Assembly (NCBI GenBank): GCA_035543375.1
Contig: DASZZF010000012.1
Location: forward strand, 68,323-132,322
Direction: 5' to 3'
Source: Candidatus Limnocylindria bacterium
GTDB taxonomy: Bacteria > Chloroflexota > Limnocylindria > P2-11E
DNA length: 64,000 nt
Shown here in pieces: positions 37,227 through 45,421 of the stretch; position 1 is the stretch's first letter; each line of letters opens with the position of its first letter. A program made the translations under genes and the position numbers. Below the pieces are notes generated by a model. It did no database searches. It saw only the letters and a list, made by a program, of their open reading frames with translations, and had not been told where the DNA came from.

Positions 37227-40196
37227 CTACGCGAATGCGATCTCCCAGGTCCCGATCTCGAACGCTTCGAGGGTGACCTGGGCGGCTCCGTCGACGAGCT
37301 CGAGCGGTGCCGCGGTCCGCAGGACATCGAGCCCGGTATTCCCGAGCGAGGTCTCGCCCTCCCGCAGATCGACCGAACGCGCGGAGACGACGGGGCGATC
37401 GAATCGCAACAGCGCGCGCGCGACGGGCTGGCCCGGATTGACGAGGCGGAGCACCACCAGATCAGCGGATCGGCCGCGCAGCGCCGACAGCGTCACGGCC
37501 TCGTCTCCCTCGATGCGGCAGTAGCTGTCGGCGGTCGGGCTGCCGGTCGCGAGCCACGGTGGCGAAAGGAATTCGCGCACCAGGCGGGCCGCACGGGCGA
37601 TCCCGACCTCGCCGCCCAACGGGATCAGGCAATAGCGGAACGCGTGCTCGCCGAGGCACTGCGCCGATGGCGTCTCGATCTGCGGTCCGGCGCCGCCCCG
37701 CCGTTCGGGGAGATCGGCCCGCGACAGCCAGCCGACAGACCGGATGAGCGTCAGCACGATCGCACCGCCATCAGCGAGCACCGAGTAGTCGCGGAGGCCG
37801 TCCGCTCCCACCGCGAGGCCGGCCGATCCGACGCCGACCGCGACGAGCTCGTGGAAGCACCGCTCCGCCGTCGGCGGCTCGACCCAGCCGCGCTTCCGGG
37901 GCACCGGATTCGCGCGCTCGAGCCAGGCGAAGGCCGCTCCCGCGGTATGTGTGACGCTCCGCACGCCGGTCTCGTGCACGACCTTCAGCCGGTGATCGCG
38001 CGCCGGGTTCACGATCGTCGTAGTGACGTCGACGCGAGACGAGCTGGCGTCGAGCGCGATGACCGTGCGGATCCGGCAATCCACCGTCTCGACCACCCGC
38101 GCGAGGCGGTCGTCGCGAAGTGACGAGGGGAGCCGCAGGGTGAGCTCGACCGTCACCTGCGCCCGGTCGCCGTCGACCCTGGTCGCGCACCGTCCGGCCA
38201 GTCCCTTCGTGCCGACGGTCGGACCGGCGTACGAATAGGTGTACTCGTCGCCGCGGTCACCTTCGTCGATGAACAGGTTCAGCCGGCCGCTGCAGGTACC
38301 GCTCGCGCGGTCGATGATCTGGAAGGATCCGTCCTCCGCCACCTCGACGCGGAAGCGCTCGTTCTCGATCACCCCTGCCGCCGGCGCGCTGACGCCGCCG
38401 GTGCTCGCGCGGACCGCCGCCGCTGCGCCGATCCCGCCGCAGGTGACGACCGTTGGCCGGGTGCCGAGCGGGACGACGGCGTGCCGCGGCCAGGGCAGGG
38501 CGCTCCAGACGATCGGGCTCGCCCCAGATCCCGACAGCCGGGCGGTGAGCTCGGTCGCGAGGCGCTCGCCCTCGTCCCGGACCCGCGCGAAGCGCGGCCG
38601 CATGTCGAGGTCGTGCACCGCATCGATCGAGCACCCGCAGATGGAGTCGTGCGGGTGGTTCTGGATGAGCGTTCGCCACAGCTCGCGCAATCGGTCGACG
38701 AACGGCCCGCCCGCGAGCGCGTCCAGCACTTCGCAGCGCTCGACCAGCAGCCGCTCGCAGGCCGCGTTCTGCTGTTTCAGCCAAACGCGGGTCGAATTGA
38801 CGCCGCGGAGTATCGGGCGGTACCTGCCTGAGACCATCTCCCCCGCGAAGACGCCCCGCGGCGCGGGCAGGGCCGCGACGAACTCCTCGAGCGTCGCGAT
38901 CCGGGCGCTGATCCTCTGCGCGACGCGCGGGATCGCATCGACCACGTCCGGCAGGTCCGCGAACGGTGCCTGGTGGTCGTCGCCGACCATGAACAGGAGC
39001 GCATCGCCCGACGCGTAGGGTGTCGTCCGATCGAGGATCCGCGGCAGCTCACGACGCACGCGGCCGCTGTGGTCGCCGGCAGGCCGGCCCGGCGCGACCA
39101 CGAGCGGGAGCGCGTTGTTGTAATGCGCGACCTGGTGGGACGCGAGCACGCGGTCTCCGGACGGCGCCTCCCAGCGGAACTCGCTCCCGAGTTCCTCCCC
39201 TTCGTCCCCGACGCCGCGGGCGAAGACATACGCGTCGTACCCGAACCCGCGGAGCACCTGCGGGAGCTGGGCGGGATGGCCGAACGGATCGGCGGCGTAG
39301 ACGACCCGCGCCGAACGGCCGAACGATGCCGAGACCCGTAGCCCTTCCTGCAGGTTGCGGACGAGCGATTCACCGGACACGAGCAGTAGATCGGCCAGCA
39401 CGTACCACGGTCCGATGATTAGCCGGTCTGCGCGCACGAGCGCCGCGATCCGGGGCCGGTCCTCCGGCCGCACCGCGAGATGATCCTCGAGCGGGATCGT
39501 CTGGCCATCGAAGGTGAAGGCGGTGAACCGCGGCTCGCGCTCGAGCAGGTCGAGGAGCGATCCCACCATCGGCACCAAGCGGGCGCGAAAGCCTTCGAAG
39601 CGCTCATACCACTCGCGATCCCAATGGGTGTGAGGCACGACGAACACGCGCCACGAGACGGCCCGCCGGATGCGCGCCACGACCCAGGGCGCGGCCAGCC
39701 CGCCGGCGACGCCCACCACGACGCCGCCGGCGACGTCCAGCGGGTAGTGCACCCCCGACACGAGGCGCGAGAGCCCCACGCCGATCGCCAACAGCAACGC
39801 GAATGGCCGCAGTCGCGGCAGCACATGGCCGAGCGCGACCGCCGCACCGAACGCGAGCGCGGTATCCCCGGATGGGAACGAGTACCCCGATGGATGCGCG
39901 ATGAGCGTGGGCGGCGCAATGAGGATTGCGAGGAACGGCCGGGGGCGCTGCACGACGAGCTTGAGGAGCTCCGCGGCGGACCAGGCGATACCGAGACCGC
40001 TGAAGACAGTGAGCGCGATCCATGCGCCGCGCCGGCCGAACCCGCGACGGCGCATGAGGCCGAGACCGAAGACCCACCACATGAGCCCCTGGAAGTTGGC
40101 GACGACGAACGCCACGGCCGCGAACGCGATGACCGTGTTGCGCTCGGACAGGATCGCGAGGTAAAGCCGTTCGTCGAAGGCGAGGACCTGATCCAT
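37227..40196 (-). CDS. PAP2 membrane phosphatase domain fused to GH38 alpha-mannosidase
   Basis: The N-terminal region has about 6 TM helices with KLVVQRPRP (KX6RP), PSGD (variant of PSGH) and SRLVSGVHYPLD (SRX5HX3D). It is followed immediately by VVPHTHWDREW and a roughly 790-aa GH38 body. ATG 40196 overlaps the DedA stop as ATGA; the track start at 40643 is an extension. Confidence 0.85.
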   Translation of the reverse strand: MDQVLAFDERLYLAILSERNTVIAFAAVAFVVANFQGLMWWVFGLGLMRRRGFGRRGAWIALTVFSGLGIAWSAAELLKLVVQRPRPFLAILIAPPTLIAHPSGYSFPSGDTALAFGAAVALGHVLPRLRPFALLLAIGVGLSRLVSGVHYPLDVAGGVVVGVAGGLAAPWVVARIRRAVSWRVFVVPHTHWDREWYERFEGFRARLVPMVGSLLDLLEREPRFTAFTFDGQTIPLEDHLAVRPEDRPRIAALVRADRLIIGPWYVLADLLLVSGESLVRNLQEGLRVSASFGRSARVVYAADPFGHPAQLPQVLRGFGYDAYVFARGVGDEGEELGSEFRWEAPSGDRVLASHQVAHYNNALPLVVAPGRPAGDHSGRVRRELPRILDRTTPYASGDALLFMVGDDHQAPFADLPDVVDAIPRVAQRISARIATLEEFVAALPAPRGVFAGEMVSGRYRPILRGVNSTRVWLKQQNAACERLLVERCEVLDALAGGPFVDRLRELWRTLIQNHPHDSICGCSIDAVHDLDMRPRFARVRDEGERLATELTARLSGSGASPIVWSALPWPRHAVVPLGTRPTVVTCGGIGAAAAVRASTGGVSAPAAGVIENERFRVEVAEDGSFQIIDRASGTCSGRLNLFIDEGDRGDEYTYSYAGPTVGTKGLAGRCATRVDGDRAQVTVELTLRLPSSLRDDRLARVVETVDCRIRTVIALDASSSRVDVTTTIVNPARDHRLKVVHETGVRSVTHTAGAAFAWLERANPVPRKRGWVEPPTAERCFHELVAVGVGSAGLAVGADGLRDYSVLADGGAIVLTLIRSVGWLSRADLPERRGGAGPQIETPSAQCLGEHAFRYCLIPLGGEVGIARAARLVREFLSPPWLATGSPTADSYCRIEGDEAVTLSALRGRSADLVVLRLVNPGQPVARALLRFDRPVVSARSVDLREGETSLGNTGLDVLRTAAPLELVDGAAQVTLEAFEIGTWEIAFA

Positions 40197-40831
40197 CAGC
40201 GGTGCTTCAGATGACGCCAAAGGAAGAGCCCCACCAGCGCAACGAGCGCGCCCGCCACGAGATCGTCGAGGCCCTGCAGGCTCTGTTTCAGGTCCGTCCA
40301 GTGATCGCCGAGGACGATCCCGGCCCAAACGAGGAGCATCACCCATGGGATCGCGCCGAGGACGGAGAAGATCACGAAGCGCCAGAGCGGCATGCGCGCG
40401 ATGCCCGCAGGGATCGAGATGAACGTGCGTACGATCGGCAGCATGCGGGAGAAGAAGACCGTCGCGTCTCCGTACCGCGCAAAGTGACGATCGGCAAGAT
40501 CGAGGTCGTGACGGTTGATGAGGATGTAGCGGCCGTAGCGCTCGAGCAGGGGACGGCCGCCGAATGCGCCGACGCCGTACGCGACGAGGGAACCGAGCGT
40601 GTTGCCGACGACCCCGCTCACCACCGCGCCCCAGTAGGTCCACGGACCGCCGGTCAGCGGCTCCGCCACCCCACGGGCGACCGAGAAGCCCGCAAGCGGC
40701 AAGATGAGCTCGCTCGGGATGGGGATCGCAGCGCTTTCGATCGACATGGCGAGGACCACCCCGAGGTAACCGAACGTCGCATACGCCCGGTCGAGCAGTG
40801 GCAGGACGTATGCGTCGAAGGCCTCGAGCAC
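40196..40831 (-). CDS. DedA-family membrane protein
   Basis: SIESAAIPIPSELILPLAGF...GNTLGSLVAYGVG...FFSRMLPIVRTFISIPAG are typical DedA/SNARE-associated motifs. GTG start. Confidence 0.9.
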   Translation of the reverse strand: MLEAFDAYVLPLLDRAYATFGYLGVVLAMSIESAAIPIPSELILPLAGFSVARGVAEPLTGGPWTYWGAVVSGVVGNTLGSLVAYGVGAFGGRPLLERYGRYILINRHDLDLADRHFARYGDATVFFSRMLPIVRTFISIPAGIARMPLWRFVIFSVLGAIPWVMLLVWAGIVLGDHWTDLKQSLQGLDDLVAGALVALVGLFLWRHLKHR

Positions 40832-40917
40832 ATCGGTATCATCGGGCCTCCAGGGAAACGGCCGAGTGGGGCTCGCCGGGGCGGGCTCGGCGGAGGAATC
40901 TCGCAGGAAGGTGCGCT

Positions 40918-42105
40918 ATGCGCCAAGCGTCAGCGTCCGCCCTCGACGAACGGATGCGCGACGGGGTCGATCGGGTCCGTCAGGCCGACCTGCTCGTCGG
41001 GATCCCGAGCTTCAACAATGCCGCGACGATCGGCCACGTGGCCCGCACCGCGGCGACCGGCCTGTGCACCTACTTCCCGGATGCGCGCGTGGTTATCGTC
41101 AACGCCGACGGCGGGTCACGCGATGGAACGGGCGATGCCGTCACACGCGCGACCGGGGACGTGCCGACCGTAGCCGGCGCGTACGTCGGACCCCCGGGCA
41201 AGGGCTCGGCGTTCCGCGCGATCTTCGAGGTCGCCGGCGCCCTGGGGGTCCGGGCCTGTGCGGTCGTCGACAGCGACCTGCGGAGCATCACCCCCGCGTG
41301 GATCGACCGGTTGCTGAGCCCTATCGCGAGCGGTCGCGCCGACTACGTGACGCCGCTTTACGCGAGGCACAAATTCGACGGCACGATCACGAACAACGTC
41401 GCCTACCCGTTGACGCGGGCGCTCTACGGGCTGCGGCTGCGGCAGCCGATCGGCGGCGAGTTCGGCTTCAGTGCCGATCTTGCGCAAGCGTTCCTCGCGC
41501 CCGATGTGTGGCAGACGGACGTCGCGCGCTTCGGCATCGACATCTACATGACGACGACTGCCCTCGTACGCAGCGAGCGGATCGTGCAGGCGTTCCTCGG
41601 CGCGAAGATCCACGATCCGAAGGACCCGGGCTCCGACCTCGCGCCGATGTTCATCCAAGTGGTCGGGACCGCGTTCCGGCTCGCGATCGCGAACCACGAC
41701 AGGTGGTCCCACGTACAGGCATCGCGGCAGGCCGACGTCGTCGGATCCGTCGAGCCGGTCGAGCCCGAGGCGGTGAACGCGAGCATCGAGGTCCTGCAAC
41801 GGAAGTTCGCGGCCGGTCGCGACGAGCACGCGGCCACGTGGGCCGAAGTGCTTTCGGGCCCCGTTCCGGAGCGGGTCGAGGACGCGGCCTGGGCCCGCAT
41901 GGTCTATGACTTCTTGCTCGCCGCGAAGCGCGATCCGGCGTCGCTCGAGCGCCTCGTTGGCGCGCTCGTCCCGCTCTACTTCGCGCGCGTCGCCGCATTC
42001 ATCGAGCGGGCACGCGACCTGGACGCCACGGGGTCGGAAGCGCTCATCGAGGCGCAGGCCGCGACATTCGAGACGGTGAAGGCGGAGCTGGTGTCCCGCT
42101 GGTGA
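40918..42105 (+). CDS. Retaining GT-A glycosyltransferase, MGS/GpgS-like layout
   Basis: LLVGIPSFNNAATI, GKGSAF, VVDSDL (DxD), QPIGGEFG and FGIDIY appear in the same order as in mannosylglycerate and glucosyl-3-phosphoglycerate synthases, as I recall them. AGGAAGG lies upstream of ATG 40918. Confidence 0.7.
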   Translation: MRQASASALDERMRDGVDRVRQADLLVGIPSFNNAATIGHVARTAATGLCTYFPDARVVIVNADGGSRDGTGDAVTRATGDVPTVAGAYVGPPGKGSAFRAIFEVAGALGVRACAVVDSDLRSITPAWIDRLLSPIASGRADYVTPLYARHKFDGTITNNVAYPLTRALYGLRLRQPIGGEFGFSADLAQAFLAPDVWQTDVARFGIDIYMTTTALVRSERIVQAFLGAKIHDPKDPGSDLAPMFIQVVGTAFRLAIANHDRWSHVQASRQADVVGSVEPVEPEAVNASIEVLQRKFAAGRDEHAATWAEVLSGPVPERVEDAAWARMVYDFLLAAKRDPASLERLVGALVPLYFARVAAFIERARDLDATGSEALIEAQAATFETVKAELVSRW

Positions 42106-44210
42106 GCGTCTCCATGAAGGAGGACTGCCTCGTCCTCGTGACGGAGGACGACGGCAGCCTGCCGCTCGGGACGAGCTCGTCGCTCGGTCTCTACTACCAC
42201 GACACGCAGTTCCTCTCGGGTTACGCGTTGCGCATCAACGGCCAGCCCCCGGCCCTCCTCTCGGCGAACACCGAGCAGAACTACGTGGGCGCGTTCCAGC
42301 TCGCGAACCGGCCCGCCACCCTCGAAGACGGTGTGGTCCTGCCGTCCCAATCGCTCTCGGTGCGGCGTACGCGCTTTCTCGCCGATGGCCTCCGTGAGCG
42401 CATCGGCATCCTCAACTGCAATCCGACGAAAGTGCGGTTGCGCATCGAGATCGAATTCGACGCGTCGTTCCGCGACATGTTCTCGGTCCGCGGCTACCGC
42501 GGCCTGTCGCAGACCGTCGAGGCATCCACATTCGAGGCGATCCCGAACGGCATCCGGTTCGAACGGCTCGGCCGCGATAGCGTGCGCCGGACGACGGACG
42601 TAACGATGCGACCCGCGCCGGACGAGATCGACGGGCGGACATTCGTTCTAGAGCGCGAGCTCGCGCCCCAAGAGGTCTGCATCTTGGAGCTCGCGGTCGT
42701 GCCGCGGGAGGACGGGGCGGGCGCTGCGCCGGCGCCGCGGGACTTCGACGAGGCGCTCGACGCGCTGAACGCACGCTACCGGCGCTTCTTGCGCAGCTGC
42801 ACGCGTTACGCGACGAGCTCCGAGTCGCTCGATGAGGAGCTCCTCCTCCGCAGCGCGCTCGATCTGCGCGCGCTCATCGACGAGGAAGAGACCGGGATCT
42901 ACGTGACGGCCGGCATTCCGTGGTACGCCGTGCCGTTCGGCCGGGACGGGATCATCGCCGCATACCAGACCCTCGCCTGGAATCCCGACATCGCCCGGGG
43001 CACGCTCCGGCTCCTCGCGCGCTACCAGGGATCCAAGGTCGACCGCTTCACGGAGGAGGAGCCGGGGAAGATCCTGCACGAGCTCCGGCGCGGCGAACTC
43101 GCGCGGCTCGGCGAAGTGCCGCACCGCCCGTACTACGGCACCATCGACGCGACACCGCTGTTCGCGATGTTGTTCGCGGAGACGGTGAAGTGGACCGGCG
43201 ATCGCGCGCTCTGGCGCGAGCTGCTCCCGGCGGCGGAGCGCGCGATCACGTGGTGCGACACCTACGGCGACGCCGATCAGGACGGGTATGTGGAGTACGG
43301 TGCCAGCCCGAGCGACCTTCGCAATCACGGCTGGAAGGATTCGGCGAACTCGCTCTCGGACCCGAGAGGCACCCCGTCGGCGCTGCCGGCTGCTCTCGTT
43401 GAGGCGCAGGCGTACGTCTACGCGGCGAAGCGCGGGCTGGCCGATCTGTACGCGATCGATGGCGAGAGCGAACGCGCCGCGAAGCTTCGAGGCGAGGCCG
43501 ACGCGCTTGCCCTGCGCTTCGAGCGCGACTTCTGGATGGAGAACGAGGGCTGCTATGCCCAGGCGCTCGACGGCAATAAGAAGCAGGTGCCGGCGGTCAC
43601 GAGCAACGCCGGGCACGCGTTGTGGTGCGGCATCGCGCGGCCGGACCGCGCGAAGCGCGTCGTCGAGCGGCTGATGGCGCCGGACATGTTCAGCGGCTGG
43701 GGCGTGCGCACGCTGTCGACGACGTATCCGACGTACAACCCGATGAGCTACCACAACGGCTCGGTCTGGCCGCACGACAACTCACTCATCGCGCAGGGGT
43801 TCGTGCGGTATGGCTTCCGCGCGGAGGCGAACGCGATCATCGAGGTCCTCATCGAGGCCGGAAAACGATTCCCGAACGCACGCGTGCCCGAGCTGTTCTG
43901 CGGCTTCCAGCGCGATCTCCGGTTCTCATCCCGGCCGGCGGACTACCTCGTGTCGTGCATCCCGCAGGCCTGGTCGGCCGGCATGGTGTTCCTGTGCCTG
44001 CGTTCGCTCCTCGGGCTCGAGCCGGACCTCGAGCGCCGCCGGATCCTCGTGGATCCCGCGCTACCGGTATGGCTCGACCGGATCGACGTGTCGCACCTTC
44101 GCGCGTACGACTCGATGATCTCGTTCCGCGTCCGCCGCTCCGGCCGCGGTGTCAGCGTGACCGGCGGAGGCTCGCGCGTCGCGCGGGTCAATGCGCCGGC
44201 GGGCGCGTGA
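42102..44210 (+). CDS. Amylo-alpha-1,6-glucosidase / glycogen-debranching-type (GDE_N_bis + GDE_C) glycoside hydrolase
   Basis: The N-terminus (LGLYYHDTQFLS) and the (alpha/alpha)6-type C-terminus (GIPWYAVPFGRDG...GWKDS...YHNGSVWPHDN) fit this family. GTGA overlap with the upstream GT. Confidence 0.85.
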   Translation: MSVSMKEDCLVLVTEDDGSLPLGTSSSLGLYYHDTQFLSGYALRINGQPPALLSANTEQNYVGAFQLANRPATLEDGVVLPSQSLSVRRTRFLADGLRERIGILNCNPTKVRLRIEIEFDASFRDMFSVRGYRGLSQTVEASTFEAIPNGIRFERLGRDSVRRTTDVTMRPAPDEIDGRTFVLERELAPQEVCILELAVVPREDGAGAAPAPRDFDEALDALNARYRRFLRSCTRYATSSESLDEELLLRSALDLRALIDEEETGIYVTAGIPWYAVPFGRDGIIAAYQTLAWNPDIARGTLRLLARYQGSKVDRFTEEEPGKILHELRRGELARLGEVPHRPYYGTIDATPLFAMLFAETVKWTGDRALWRELLPAAERAITWCDTYGDADQDGYVEYGASPSDLRNHGWKDSANSLSDPRGTPSALPAALVEAQAYVYAAKRGLADLYAIDGESERAAKLRGEADALALRFERDFWMENEGCYAQALDGNKKQVPAVTSNAGHALWCGIARPDRAKRVVERLMAPDMFSGWGVRTLSTTYPTYNPMSYHNGSVWPHDNSLIAQGFVRYGFRAEANAIIEVLIEAGKRFPNARVPELFCGFQRDLRFSSRPADYLVSCIPQAWSAGMVFLCLRSLLGLEPDLERRRILVDPALPVWLDRIDVSHLRAYDSMISFRVRRSGRGVSVTGGGSRVARVNAPAGA

Positions 44211-45406
44211 GGCGCCGCTTCCGGGTTCTGCTCCTTCATTACACCGCGCCGTCGGTCCTCGGCGGCGTGGAACGGATCATGGGGGTCCACGCGGCCGCGC
44301 TGCGGGACAGCGGCGACGACGTGGCGATTGTCGCCGGTCGCGGCACCGCGCGCGGCCTGCGCGTCATCCGGATCGAAGAGCTCGACTCGCGCCATCCCGC
44401 GGTGCTGCGCGATTTCGCGTCCCTCGCCGCCGGTCAGGTGACGCCGGCGCATGAGCGACTCGTCGCGACGATCGCGCGCCGGCTCAGGCCCCACGTGCTG
44501 CGCGCGGATCGCGTCGTCGTCCACAACGCCTTCACGCTGCACAAGAATGCGGCGCTCACGGAGGCGCTATCGCGCCTGGCCGCGGAGCGCGATGGCCGCT
44601 TCATCGCCTGGACCCATGACCTCGCGTGGACCGACCCGCAGTACCGGTCGCAGCTCTACGACGGGCGACCGTGGTCGCTCTTCGCGACGCCGCTCCCCGG
44701 CGTCCGCTACGTGGCCGTGTCGGAGAAGGCGGCGCGGGAGCTCTGCCTGGTCGCGCACCTCCCTCGCTCCGCGGTCGCGGTGGTGCCGAACGGCGCCGAT
44801 CCGGTGACAGTGCTCGGCATCTCGGCGGCGGGCGCGCGACTCGCGACTACGGTCGGGCTGTTCGACGCCGATCCGCTCCTCCTCCTGCCGGTCCGGATGA
44901 CCCGCCGCAAGCGGATCGAGATCGCGATCGATGCGCTTGCCAGGCTGCGAGACAACGCCCCACGCGCGATGCTCGTCGTGACGGGCGGGCCTGGCGCGCA
45001 CAACCCGGCGAACCTGGAGTACGCCCGCGAGCTCGCCGCGCGCGCCGGCGACGGCGTCGTGCTCCTCCACGCGCGGCGCGTGAGACCGACCGATCGCGTG
45101 CTGAGCGACCTCTACGCGCTCGCCGACGCGTTGGTCCTGCCATCGGCGAACGAGGGATTCGGGCTGCCTGTGCTCGAGGCCGGCCTCCACCGGCTCCCGG
45201 TGATCTGCACCGATATCCCCGCCCTCCGGGCGATCGCCGGGGATGACGCGACGTACGTCGCGACGGATGCGGGCGGATCCACGCTCGCGGAGGCGATCGC
45301 GAGGCGTCTCGCCAATGATCCGGTCGCGAGGCTGCATCGCCGCGCCCGGGCGAGCGCGTGGCCGCGGATCCTGGCTGACTGCGTGCTCCCGGTGATCCAT
45401 GCGTAG
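44207..45406 (+). CDS. GT4-family (GT-B) glycosyltransferase
   Basis: PSANEGFGLPVLEAG (EX7E region) and a GT-B architecture. GTG 44207 forms a GTGA overlap with the hydrolase stop. The track ORF 43622..45406 extends upstream, out of frame with the hydrolase gene. Confidence 0.85.
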   Translation: MRRRFRVLLLHYTAPSVLGGVERIMGVHAAALRDSGDDVAIVAGRGTARGLRVIRIEELDSRHPAVLRDFASLAAGQVTPAHERLVATIARRLRPHVLRADRVVVHNAFTLHKNAALTEALSRLAAERDGRFIAWTHDLAWTDPQYRSQLYDGRPWSLFATPLPGVRYVAVSEKAARELCLVAHLPRSAVAVVPNGADPVTVLGISAAGARLATTVGLFDADPLLLLPVRMTRRKRIEIAIDALARLRDNAPRAMLVVTGGPGAHNPANLEYARELAARAGDGVVLLHARRVRPTDRVLSDLYALADALVLPSANEGFGLPVLEAGLHRLPVICTDIPALRAIAGDDATYVATDAGGSTLAEAIARRLANDPVARLHRRARASAWPRILADCVLPVIHA

Positions 45407-45421
45407 CTCGGAGCGTCGGCG

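Noticed and set aside
40197-40643. 149-aa N-terminal extension of the PAP2::GH38 ORF
   Set aside because: It overlaps the DedA gene in another frame and is Arg/Pro-rich. ATG 40196 gives the ATGA coupling and starts right before the first TM helix.
42648-43775. 375-aa minus-strand ORF
   Set aside because: It is antisense to the GDE-type hydrolase gene.
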